The position numbers and the translations under genes were made by a program. Shown here piece after piece: positions 1 to 11,300 of a stretch of 64,000 nucleotides of DNA; within the stretch, counting starts at the first letter, position 1, and the number at the start of each line of letters is the position of its first letter. The stretch comes from Eimeria praecox (lineage: Eukaryota). The DNA lies in NCBI GenBank assembly GCA_963920595.1, contig OY986949.1, positions 248,001 through 312,000 of the forward strand, in the 5' to 3' direction. The notes under the pieces were generated by a model that was not told the DNA's origin, ran no database searches, and saw only the letters and a program-made list of their open reading frames with translations.

Positions 1-190
1 GCGGGCGGGTGGCCGCGCCGCTGCGGAAGCGGCTGCCAGCCCCAGCTCCCCCCAGCTAGCTAGCCCCCCGCCGGTTGACTGCTTCGAGTCAACTAGCAAA
101 CCTTAATTGACCTTTCGTTTTCTCCTCATTAAATTCTTTCTTGCCGAATTAGGAGCTTAAATCCGGGGTATTGTAGCTCCAGGCACTACA
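1..190 (-). mobile_element. LTR-like segment (5' end at 190, runs off the left edge)
   Basis: Minus strand starts TGTAGTGCCTGGAGCTACAAT, resembling the PPT-preceded start at 4315 (TGTAGTGCACAGGCACTACAAT). Both carry a downstream AGCT(T)GGGGCTGG motif. The other end is not visible. Confidence 0.45.
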
Positions 191-385
191 GAATGTCTCG
201 CAGACTTTAACGCCGCTAGCAGCTGTGCGTTTGTCCGCAGCTGATGGAGCTTTTCATACACTCCCCTCGGGGCCCTAGGCAGCCTAACTTTTCCTTTTTT
301 TTCCCGCACGTGACTGGTGTAGCCACCCTCTGTGTACTTCTGCACAAACTCGGACTTGATCCTGGTGCGCATTAGATGACCGTAT

Positions 386-697
386 TTATGTTTCATTGGT
401 TACCGTCTCTGGCCGTACTCTGATTGATTCAACCTTCTCCGCAGCGGGGTTAATGCCTTCAGCGCCAGTCGTGTATCCCAAATATATGAGTTCCCGCTTC
501 GCAGACTTGCACTTGTCTAGCTTCAGGTAGAACTGGCGCTTGAGGAAAATACTTAGCACTTGTCGTAGGAGCGCAGCACGCCTGGGGAGATCGGGGCTAT
601 AAATAAGCACATCATCAAGATACGCCATGATACCCTGGCCAAGTAATGATTGTAAATAGGCATTTATACTAGCGTAGAATGTAGCTCGAGCACCTAC
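386..697 (-). pseudogene. Ty3/gypsy reverse transcriptase fragment
   Basis: Translation GARATFYASINAYLQSLLGQGIMAYLDDVLIYS...KLDKCK...YLGY...GINPAAEKVESI contains the YLDD catalytic motif and the downstream RT motifs. Truncated at both ends. Confidence 0.88.
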
Positions 698-698
698 C

Positions 699-1110
699 AT
701 GCCGTTCGGCCTGAAGGGTGCTCCCGCTGCGTTTCAAGCAAGCATAAATGCCTACTTATAACCCTTGTTAGGACATGGAATAACTGCATACCTTGATGAC
801 GTTCTCATATGTTCAGCTGATCTTCCTACTTATGTTGTTCTCCTACGAAAGGTTTTTGGCACATTTCTCACCAATCAATTCAACTCGAAATTTCGCAAGT
901 GCCAGTTCGCGCGCCAGGGACTCACGTGTTTGGGATATGCCATCACTGCAGAAGGGATTAAACCTGCAGCAGACAAGATCGACGCAATCTGAGTGTGGCC
1001 AGAGGTACTGGAGAATGAGACGCAAGTACGCCAATTCCGTGGTACTGTTAATTACTGTCGTATGTTTATGGCTCCTGATTATACAGACATTTCCCGTCCC
1101 CTGGTTACCC
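699..1110 (+). pseudogene. RT domain (C-terminal half)
   Basis: MPFGLKGAPAAFQASINAYL*PLLGHGITAYLDDVLI...KFRKCQF...CLGY...QVRQFRGTVNYCRMF. Confidence 0.92.
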
Positions 1111-1224
1111 TGACTCGCAAAGGCACCCCCTTTCATTGGACCGGCGCGCACACCCAGGCGGTTCGCCACCTCAAGCAACGTCTCATTGACTACACCATCC
1201 TCCAGCTTCTAGGTACCTCTAGGC

Positions 1225-1585
1225 CTTTTGAGCTCTACACCGATGCCTCCGGCTACGCCATTGGTGGCGTACTCGAACAAGCTGGACAGCCAGTTGGGTT
1301 CCTCAGTCAGGCCATGACTCCCGTGCAGCAGAAATATTTGATCTACGACTAGGAACTGTTGGCCCTAGTCACAGCCTTCGACAAATGATCTCACCTACTT
1401 CGCGTTGCTAAGGTTACAGCATTCACCAGCCATCAAGCCCTTACCCACTTACGGAAGCTCCCGACGTCCAAGCCCTTGCGGGGACGCACCGCCCGGTTGT
1501 TAGATTTCCTCGCTCTGCTTCCTGATCTCACTATCACCTATCTACAGGGTGCACGTAACACGGTTGCCGATGCGTTGTCTCGTCT
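1225..1585 (+). pseudogene. RNase H domain
   Basis: PFELYTDASGYAIGGVLEQ...Y.IYD*ELLALV...YLQGARNTVADALSR, with two internal stops. Confidence 0.9.
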
Positions 1586-2019
1586 TCCTTGTCATTCCTC
1601 TTCACACTCGTTCCCCGTGCCTAGTCCATCTCCGTCTCCTCTCTCGGGGTCGTTCGCACCGCTTCTGTTAGCTCCTGCACACCCAGATCCAGCTCATCAC
1701 CCCAGGCGGACGCAAGTCAACTACCAGCAGCTGGCTGGTACTCGTCGTCGCACGCCTCGGACTCTCCCGCAGTCTCCTCCCTCTTCGCCCAAGGCCAACG
1801 GCTCTTCTCCTGGCGACACCGAGCCCTCCTCCATCCTCCCAGTGCAGCCCGCTGTTTCTGCAGCCTTGGATTGGCCGGCAGCTTATGCGAAGTGTCCCGT
1901 CTTCCGGGTTCCCTACAACACGGCGGTTCAGGCTGCCGGTGCAACCGCAGTCGTATCCTCGCCTTCCGATTTGTCACCCCTTTCCTCAGCGTCTGCATAC
2001 ACGGCTTATGGCGTATATG

Positions 2020-3040
2020 TGTTCCGCAGTTTCCAGAGTTCCTTACGCACATTCTATATAACCATCACGATCACGTAACAGCGGGGCATCGGGGGCAGAA
2101 GAAAACGTTCGTATATCCCAGCAAACTTTATTACTGGCCCGGCATGCGCACTTACACTAACGCCTACGTGGAGTCCTGTACGCAGTGTCGCGCCTCCAAG
2201 TCCATCAACCAAAAGCCTGCCGGTCTTCTCCAGCAGTTAATTATTCCCTCTCGCCACGTCAGCTTGGATTTCATTACTGATCTCCCGCCTGCGAAGACTG
2301 GCCATGACTCTATCCTGGTGCAGGTCGATTCCCTGAGCAAGATGGCGCACTTTGTCCCTGCGAAAAAGACATTCACAGCCGCAGATACCGTGGATGTTCT
2401 CGCTGATCGTCTTATTCGTTACCATGGGCTACCAGAAGCACTCATTTCGGATCGCGATCCACGCTCCCAATCCGGCCTATGGCAGCAGCTGTGTGCGCGT
2501 TTGAACATCAAACGCGCTTTGTCTTCCTCGTATCACCCTCAAAGCGACGGCCAAACAGAACGAGTGCATCGCACGCTCGAACAAATGCTCCGCACCTACA
2601 TCCAATCCGACGAACGTGAGTGGGAGCGCTTACTACCTGCCTTAGAACTCGCGTACAACACAACTAGCCATTCGTCCACTGAGCATTCCCCCTTCGAGGT
2701 CATGATTGGGGAGAACCCCCTTACAGCAGCGGATCTCGATGTCGTCGGTGCTCTCTCCCCTACCCTTACTCCGCCGTTGACGAAGCTTTTCCGCCAGCTC
2801 TGCGGCCGGGCGCAGAGTCACATCCTGAAGGCAACATGTCAGCAAAAGCACTACGCAGATACCCACCGCCGCGAAGTGGGGTATGCGGTAGGGGACAAAG
2901 TCTGGCTGAGCAGCAAGCACCTTCCAGCTCTAAATACATGTCCTAAGTTTGAACCCCGCTTCCGGGGACCCTTCGCTATTACTGAACGCATTGGGAGTGC
3001 TGCTTACCGCCTGGCATTGCCCCCTACTTACAAATGCCAT
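2020..3040 (+). pseudogene. Integrase (zinc finger, DDE core, GPY/F)
   Basis: HDHVTAGH...YYWPGM...CTQC; VSLDFITDLP; ISDRDPR; YHPQSDGQTERVHRTLEQMLR; VGDKVWL...FRGPF. Confidence 0.95.
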
Positions 3041-3155
3041 GGTCTTCCACGTCTTCCAGCTAGTTCCTGACCGCCCCCGCGCCCCCTCGCAGGAACCTCA
3101 GGAGGCCGTCGTGGAGTGGCCTTTCTCCCGAGATGCTGTAGGCAATCCCATGGAT

Positions 3156-3334
3156 CACTACGAAGTCGACTACATCATGGACCAGCGCGGATCCGGCGAC
3201 GAGGCCTCCTACCTGGTCAAGTGGGGGGCTTCCCGGAGGACCAAGTCACCTCGGAACCCGCTAGCCGTTTGGGGGGTTGCCCTGCCCTGCTGCGCGCCAG
3301 GCGGCGCCGTCAGCAGAACTGCCGTCCGCCCTGA
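3156..3334 (+). pseudogene. Chromodomain at the integrase C-terminus
   Basis: HYEVDYIMDQRGSGDEASYLVKW, then after a frameshift GFPEDQVTSEPASRL; matches the YEVE.I...YLVKW.G.....TWEP chromodomain pattern. Confidence 0.85.
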
Positions 3335-3407
3335 TCCGCTGCCCTCTCCTCGTTTGGGCGCCATCCATCTTCCCTTCTCGTCAGCTGCCGCACGCTTTTC
3401 ACCCCGT

Positions 3408-3445
3408 GGAGGGGGGGGTGAAGGGGTGCAGCAGCATCCCTTGTG
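3408..3445 (+). mobile_element. Polypurine tract and probable 3' LTR start (TG at 3419); LTR end not defined
   Basis: GGAGGGGGGGG directly followed by TG, about 75 bp after the pol stop; canonical position. Confidence 0.6.
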
Positions 3446-4299
3446 GCGGTAGCAGGTTATTTACACAGTCATTGGCCTAGCTTAGAGGCCCACGGACACG
3501 CATGTACGATAAGGCCTCACAACAAGCACCAGCACACTGTACCACCGGTAGAAAGGCCAATATCTACACCATGTTAGTGTTACTATTCGGACTGTTCCTG
3601 GAGGTAGCAATACTCAGAGGAGGTGCCTATATTCAGAGAACTAGAGTGGCAAAATTCATGTTAGGAATGGGCGTAAGCATCACTACACGCTAACAGCAGA
3701 ACCCCAAGCTAGCAGATAGGCGATCAAAATGTTGAGTTAAAAAATAATCGTTAGTTTAACGGAGGTTCATTATCCGTCAGGAGAAGTAGAACACAAAGGT
3801 AATCAGGAAACCTGATGAGCAAACGCACGCGCCACAGCATAACAGCGCAGCAAAGACCCCGATAGAGGGACACAACACGCAGTCAAGAGAATAGAACACT
3901 GCTAAACAGCAAGTACAACCGCCTTGCACTCCAGAAGAGCAAAGTGGACCTGAATTAGCTGCACACAGGAGCACAACAATCCTGCGAAACAACACAAGGC
4001 AGACTAGCAGCAAACACACTTCTGGCAGACCACGTGAGGCCGTCGAGACACCGCGTAGAGACTCGGATTAGAAGCAAGAGATGTAGGAGCTCCACTTCTC
4101 TCGAGTTCCGACACGGCTAATACACAGGGTTGAAAGGCCCGGACTCTCCTCTTGCTAGACCGCCGAATAGTTCGCTTAGCTGAAAGTCCCTTTATCCCAC
4201 ACTTGTGGACAATCCTATAATGATGCAAAGGGGAAAGGAAGACAATTTGAAGGTTAGAGAAGAACAGGATTAAACGAAACCGTGAAGCGGTTTCTGTTC

Positions 4300-4723
4300 A
4301 AAGAAGGGGGAGGTTGTAGTGCACAGGCACTACAATGGATCTCTGGTGAGGCCTCTAGAGGCATAATATCATGAAAAGGAATGAACGCTATAGAAGATTT
4401 CAGGGATTAGGACACTTTTAGTTAGAAAGGCAGCTTAATAGGATCAGAGCGCTCGCCAGCCGGCACCAGCTTGGGGCTGGGTGTGAAGCTGTTGCTGTGA
4501 CTCTGGTCCTGGCCCTCAGCGAGGGTCGAGCATCAGTTCTATTATCATCGGTTTTCCTTGGGGAACAATAGTAGGAACTGGATCATATATTTGGTTGTTA
4601 ACGGTGTTTATTAGTGGTTTCAGGGAGAATCATAGGTTTAAGAGCGAGATAGTAGCGTGTGCACCTATTCTGTCTAACCTAGGGACCTATCGTAGTAACA
4701 GTGTAGGCCAGCTGTCCTCTACA
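4300..4723 (+). mobile_element. Second polypurine tract (4300-4313) and LTR-like segment 4315-4723
   Basis: AAAGAAGGGGGAGG then TGTAG...; a candidate end ...CTACA at 4723 gives inverted termini and ~409 bp. No TSD seen; the right end is tentative. Confidence 0.5.
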
Positions 4724-5040
4724 GTGCAGGCTTCGATGTCGGGAACTGTGCGTCCGTCGGGTGACCCGCTCAATAGAATCTCTTTGGTTCTCAGTATGCC
4801 TGAGGGCTTCTGTTTAACATCTGACGGCGTTTGCTATTCGTCGGGCGTTATTTAGAGCGATTTTTCCAAACCTGTGGTCCCCGTAGGACCTTCACGCCAA
4901 AGAGGGTGATTTTCTATGTCACTTTCTGGAGTGTCTCTGCACAACATAGGATCCTCCTCGATCGTTCAGATACTCACTCAACCGCCGTTACCGTACGGGA
5001 GGCGGTTGCGAGTGGACCCGGTGCGTGATGCACACGGTCA
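4724..5040 (-). mobile_element. Possible further LTR-like segment
   Basis: Minus strand begins TGACCGTGTGCATCACGCACCGGGTC (TG plus terminal hairpin, like the other LTR-like starts). It could instead be the ...TCA end of the LTR starting TGA at 3419. Confidence 0.25.
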
Positions 5041-6105
5041 TTGCTTTCGTTCGTATGCCTCAGTATTGCCATTTGGAGGCCGCATGAACGGCTTCCACTG
5101 AGCCACCGGCTGCACTTCTGGAGCATGCTCTGCATGGTGTTAGTACTCATATGCATCCTTGATCGCAGGCTGAGTACGAGAGGCCAAATAAAAGTTCAAA
5201 AACAGCGTATGTTTCAGTCTACAGTGCTAGCGCATGCAGCAAAGGTGCACTGGCTGGGCGAGCATGGGGCTGTATTGCCGCACCTAATTACAGCAAGATG
5301 GGCTGTACCAGCGACGAACTGGACTGTGCTCTTACAAACACAGGCCTTTGCCAAACTGTTCCTAGGGGACTAGGAGGCTGGAAGGTAGGCCGGCTCCAGC
5401 CTTAGGTGAACAAAAGTAGTTGGTTAATTTACTTCAACAAACGCTTAACAGTGTGAGTGGTTTTTAAAGAAAGCAATCCGTAACTGGCTAGGCAGAAGGG
5501 AGGGAAATAAAGGACAGGAAAGTTGAGGTTCACCGAAGCCGAGTGCATGCGTACCAAAGAATGAAAAATGCTGCACTTCACTGTGCTTGGTAAGAAGGAA
5601 GAAAACCGCTTTTGAAATGGCGTATATTTAGGACATGTGGACACGAGGGCTAGGAGTCCCAGCCTCGCCAAGAAAAAGATGAGAAGCGATGGCCAATTGC
5701 AGCTGGCGGGTCCAGCACGCAAGTTCCGGCGTGTTATGGAGAGAAGTGTACCTGGGTCATTTGCAACAAAGCAGGGAAAATTTGAGATTACTGCAGAGTT
5801 GAAAGCGATGCAAAGATGTACAAGCAAGCACGGCTAGCAGGGGAGCAATGACGTGGCAACTGCACCCCAGCACGAACTGCGTTGTGCTCGACAAGCCAAA
5901 AGAGTTGGCGTCTGTTCCGTCAGGCTCGCTTCCAGCCAACCCTGTGCATAAGCGATTTTTTACTAACGGTCAGCAGTCGCTAACTATACTTGATATGGGC
6001 TACGAATTAGATAGCATATCGGATGCTAAGGCGACTTAAACTCATAAACTGCGTGGCTAATTTGTAAATCTCTAATATTAGTATGAAGTAAGGCTATTGC
6101 AGTGG

Positions 6106-6940
6106 TCATGCAGCTCGCCCATCCGGCATCGGAAGCCTCTGCTTCAACGCGAGGTGCTTAAATGTAAGCTTGCTGGCGGCAGCTCCATTCCCTGTTCTTC
6201 GTGGGCAGTGGATTGTGCACGGACGCCAAAGCTTACAACCTAGTTCTCCCACTTCGTCTCCTTGTCTGCCGATTTCTCTTCGCGGGGTCGCTTGCACCTC
6301 AGAAGGGGCCACTTGCGCCGGGAGTAAGTAGGATGTGGTGGGCTGGCTGACCAGTAGGTCGTTGTCCTGCTGGTGTATCCTCGCTACTTCATACTACTGA
6401 GGAACCTTTCTTCAACTGCGTCCTCTGCTGTTTGCTGGGTGTTACCTTGGTCGAACTGCACATAACTTCGACTTTCGTATGCTTCATGCGCACATGCGTG
6501 CATTTCCCTGTCGTTCCAAGCAGTGTCCCTGCACTTCATTAAACCATCCTCGCTCCTTTCTTCTGGAGACGCCATGTTCAGTCCTCTCGCCGTAGAGGAT
6601 GCTGCTGGAAGAGCTGCCAAAACTGCATCCCTTTTCTCCTCCCGCATACTGGAAACCCGGGCAGTCTACTCCTCAGTGGAAAGTTGAACATAATTTTACC
6701 GGAATATTCTAAACATTCTGGTCTTTCCTCGCAAAGCGCCTAGGCTCCTAATCAATGCTATGCAGCAAGACGCCTAGCTGTAGGATTGGGGTTGGCTGTC
6801 CGCATCTACTTGGTTGAGCCATGCCTTGCTACCGTCGTGAGGAGTAGTACAGTCAAGCTATTTATGAGGAGAGTTCCCTTCGAAATTACGGCGTCTCTCG
6901 CCCACTGATCAGGCTTCCAGTGCACAGCGGCTTGGGGCTA
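6106..6940 (-). pseudogene. Possible decayed coccidian secreted/membrane protein gene (hydrophobic segment followed by RRLA)
   Basis: Minus frame reads ...GTLLINSLTVLLLTTVARHGSTK*MRTANPNPTARRLAA*...ALCEERPEC (RRLAA at 6775-6761), followed by acidic ORF 6647-6384. Many stops; boundaries uncertain. Confidence 0.3.
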
Positions 6941-8214
6941 TTGCGGAGGTGACCTGCCATGAGTTGCAGCGCACCTCAGCGCAACTTATGGTTCAAGGAG
7001 ACCCCACAGGCAAACACCCCCAATTGCCCTTGTGATGAGTGCACTAACACGTGAGAGAATTGTTGAACACTTACATCAGAGAGAAGCCTGCACACGAGTG
7101 GATATGTGTGTTACAACGTCAGGCAAACCATGTTATACCAACTTTCTACCCTGCACCCTGAACGGTGCAGAGAAGGAACGAACTATGAATGGGTTTGATA
7201 CCAGCCGCTCGGGCTGTTCTACCTGTAAGCAAATAGTGGAGCCAATGGGCAAGCGTTTGATGATTGACCCCGTTCTCCTCTTGTGTAGTGAGCCAGTGGC
7301 AAGGATATGCCTAAGCAAAAGTAGTCAAGAAGCAGCGTTTGGCAGCCACTTTACGCACTTACTGCAAGTACAGATGTTGTGGGCTTCTCTGAGAATATTA
7401 AAGCGTGCTCTACGTAACTGAGCACTTCCGCAAGCGAGCGTGGCCGAATGCTGTGAAGCTCCTTGCACAGTAAAGGAAGACTCAATGAGAAAACTCACGT
7501 CAAGACGGGAAAGCCTGCGGATGTTTAGTTTGCAGCTTAACTTAAATAGCAGTATGAGTTTCTGGTGAGACACCGGAGGAAATGTTCGCCAGCCAGCGTC
7601 CCGCGGTCCAATTCCTCGGGCCTAGTGGTAGTCTGTAAAGTTCAATTTACCACGTTGCTTGGCGTCTTGTGTTCATTGCGGCCGCCAGATTTCGCAGCCT
7701 CCTAGACAGGGTGGCTTACAAGCAACGTGAGCGTTCAATGTGTACACCGGGATCTCGCCCGGAATTCAGTCTTTGGCATCACCCATCTAGAACTGAATGA
7801 GCGAAAAGCTATTTCTTTCCAACCTCTTATATGCTGCTGGCAGAGCAGGTGCTGTTTAGACACAAAACTGCAGCTACCGAAGGTGTATCAGTACGCCCTT
7901 CCTCCAACACCGTACAATCCTTACATACCCGTCAATGCATATCGATCTGCTTACAAAAAAGTGATTTTTGCTTATCCTGGCTTTAGTAGGGAGCCTGGTC
8001 GGAGGCCCAAAGCAACTACTAGCTTGTTGCCGGCAATTACAAGAACCTCATATGACCCGGCTGCGTTATCCTTCCGGACTTAGCAAAACATGCCAAAGGT
8101 TGCTTTGAATAAATTTGCTTGACACCCTACTTTCTGAAATTCAATGGAACTTGTGTGCTACGCGCTTTGTTCGGGGGTCAAGTGTACCTTTATAGCTTCA
8201 CTTGGGGAGTGAAG

Positions 8215-8349
8215 CGGGTATATAATTTAAAAGAATTAATATGTGCATTAAATACTTCAATTCCTGAACTTAATATTATATTAATATACATTAATAAAGC
8301 ACTTTTATTATCTATAGGAAACATGTTTTCAATTACAGGTCGTGGTAGT
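8215..8349 (+). pseudogene. tufA: Plastid (apicoplast)-type EF-Tu gene fragment inserted in nuclear DNA
   Basis: Abrupt AT-rich island translating RVYNLKELICALNTSIPELNIILIYINKALLLSIGNMFSITGRGS. This matches the EF-Tu domain I/II junction (W...L..L..A.D..IPEP.RD.NKPFL.SIED.FSITGRGTV), with third positions almost all A/T. Confidence 0.8.
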
Positions 8350-11300
8350 GAATGAATGAGGGCGGCATATTTCGCAGCGGCGTACCACAGGCCCGCAATC
8401 GTCCCTCCCAAACAATGCGATCGCGCTTCACGTGCTCTTTTACCGTTCATGGGGAAGCTACACCCAAGAGCATCAGACCATCAAAAACAGCAAGTACAGT
8501 GACGGAAACGTCCGGCACCATTTATCGGACAGTGTGGCACAACAGCATCAAACGCCATCTTCCAACTGTGCCGTCATGCACAAGGGCACCAACTTCCGGA
8601 GAGGCACAGCAGCTGGTCATTAACAGCAGCTTTCTCGAAATTCATTTATACAAACCACTCTAACACACCAAATGAAATGCACTGTCGAGGTCGTCAGAAC
8701 AGAAAATGGGTTATTTTGGGGACGACTCCGCAAGAATTCGACGCAGATAGCAAGTGGAACAAGCACTACATGGCACCGCCGTCAAAAATTGAGCCTTACC
8801 AGAAGCTGTATCCGCTTACCCGTGTTGTTCGCACCAATCCTGGCATTTCATTATCTACACGAAATAGGCAAGCGCTTCGGGCCCGACACAGACACTTTTG
8901 CATACTAAGAAGTAGGGAGGATCTTCTCTGGCTGGGCGTCTGAGAATCACCCCAGATTTCTTTGAACTCGTGCAAAACCCTCAAGCAGTCCCGAGATCCA
9001 TAATAGTTTGCCAAAAGGTGGCACTATTAGCTCCAACAGATTTAGAGAAGCAACGCACCCTCTGAATGGGAACACGCAAGGTGTGGGTCGAAACGCGCAG
9101 TGATCACGCTACTCTTGCATCACCGTAACGCGTTAAAAGAAGCAAAAAGCTTGCCCATATTCTTGCCGAATATATGCAACTCCTCAATACATGACACAAC
9201 TGAGGGCACACAGTGGTATTTCAACAAGCTTAAGGAAAGCATGCACACCGCGAGCCGCGGAAATAGAGAAGCCGATATATTTTGTTGCGATGCTAGCTAC
9301 TGTTAACACTGAGTCTTTAGTGATGAAATTTCAAGCGCCACGCTGCAATGAGCGTGCGCATGCAATCTCCATTTAATCAAGGGCTTCTACCAGTGCGAGC
9401 ATATGATGCTCTATTTTATCGCTACCCGCTTTTGTGCAGAGATGCAGCGCAGCAATAAGCATTGGCAGAATCATCTGCAGAATCATCTGGGAGCCTGCTT
9501 CTTGGTTTGTAGCGGCCATTAGGCTGTATGAGTTTTTCAGGAGCACATGGCGTCGAATCTCAAGCTTTTATATGCACATTACGGTGAGAACTAAGTGAAA
9601 TCAGCACATCGCCAACCCTAAACGTTAGGGCCACGACAGACTGGCTAAGTTGGGGACAACAAGCAGGCAAAAAAGCGCAACACTGAACAGGGCTGTGACC
9701 TAGTACCATCAGGCTGTTGAACTGGAGAACAATGGCACTCAAATGATCATGGAGGCAGCATCATACATGCAGCTCTGCAGCTCGCTGTGGTTCAATCGCC
9801 ACTGATTGATGCGCCCGTACAGCAAGCCCAAAGATCATTCGCAAGGAAAGGCAAGAGGGAACGGCAGGCAAGGCCCAGAAGAACGGGAGCATATATCAAC
9901 AACCTTTCCCGTATATCTCCTTTATTTTGGCGTCTCGCTGGTCTTTTTACTGCTCGGCTCCTTAGACGGCAAATGGGCCCGGCACAAGCCACTTCTGCAA
10001 ACACTGAAGATGGTGCAGTTAAGCGATGAAGCTATATTGACGCTGAATTATACACACGTATTCACGGGGGTGCCAGATCAAGCGTTCCAGTGCGGATTAC
10101 CGTTCTTTCTCGATGACACCTACACTCTGTTTGAGCGTCCCAACCCTTATCTGATTGATTAAATGGTGCATGCTGCATACGTATGCGGATCTAGCTTCCA
10201 GATGCATTACGCACCTGCACAACCTCTATATCGATTAGCTAAAAAGAGTCTGATGTTTACTTAGACGCCAAACAAGCTCGGCAGTAGCTGGCTTTGCCCT
10301 GTTCTCTATGGCACTTTATGCACTTCCCAAAGACGCTCTAGCATTCGTGACCATTCAGATCTTTGCCAACCCCAACTGGCTTGTGGTGTTTGTACGGACA
10401 GTCAGAGAAGTATACGACGCCAGTAGTGAGCCGTATTCAGCATTGACCACATGCTCTTCACGAACTTTCTGTTACGGAATAGTTTCTTTTGAAACTTCTA
10501 ATTATCAGGGTCTCTCTAAGGCGATAACGAAGCAAGCCAGGATGGAAGCCTGCTCTAGAAACAGGCTGAGCATGCGGACGCTCGACGAAAAGGCCCCAAG
10601 CTCGAGCTTTGCTTAAGATCTCGAATCTGCCCTTCACTGACTCGCAAATATAGGGATTCACTTCCAAACAGAAAGAGAGCCTACGCGCTTAAGTGCTTAG
10701 CGCAGAGAGTGCCATTTGCTTCTATTCCAAGCGTTACTCCCCGCAACTCCTTGAGCGTCTTACCGCTGTTGAGTGGCCATTTGTTTGCAGCATGATTCTG
10801 CAGTTTAGATATGGTACCGGAAATCTATTAGGATAGACTTCTAAACTGCAGCTGTAAAGACGTCAGCCAGGGCGGCTCGTCTTCCATGCCAATGCTTGCC
10901 GAGTGTGTGGCGCCTTCAGCTCACTCCCTGCGTTCATTCATCCAGGGACGTGAATGTACAGAAATGATTTGGAAGTGCTCTCTGTCTGCACACAACACCC
11001 TCCCTTTAGCCCGGCTGAAACCTGTGCCAGCTGTGGATGCCGTCCAGGACACAATATTATGCTGCGTATCAAAACACACCTCGTCCATATCCTCTAATAT
11101 CGATTGGACCCTCCTACGCTTGGTAAAAAGACCAACTAAGCATCGCAAACTGGCTACCAGTCGAGTGTTACTCAGCGTACGAACTACACCAGGGTGAATT
11201 CGCTAGCACCAGTGGAACATTTCCCCAAATTGCTTCCTCCAGTTTTCCTTCGGCTCACGGGGCTCCCGTGGAGTGCTGGCGTTGAGGAACTCAAGAGCGC

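Larger units (their letters stand above)
699..3334 (+). mobile_element. pol: Degenerate chromovirus-type Ty3/gypsy pol (RT-RNaseH-integrase-chromodomain), 5' truncated
   Basis: Gypsy domain order: MPFGLKGAP...YLDD (RT), LYTDAS...ADALSR (RNase H), HHCC and DDE integrase, GPF motif, chromodomain. In-frame stops at 759, 990, 1350 and 1386; frameshifts near 1950, 3040 and 3225. No gag or protease upstream. Confidence 0.95.

Noticed and set aside
1871..3070. 399 aa ORF as a functional stand-alone integrase
   Set aside because: It is a frameshift-bounded piece of the pol pseudogene, with a non-ATG start and out-of-frame ends.
5375..5402. AGGCTGGA...TCCAGCCT hairpin as a terminator
   Set aside because: Eukaryotic context, no U-tract, and an 8 bp stem can arise by chance.
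8119..8355. 78 aa ORF as a real gene
   Set aside because: It is a chance fusion of flanking DNA with the decayed tufA fragment.
9466..9489. 12 bp direct repeat CAGAATCATCTG x2 as a transposon footprint
   Set aside because: Indistinguishable from simple slippage; no associated element.
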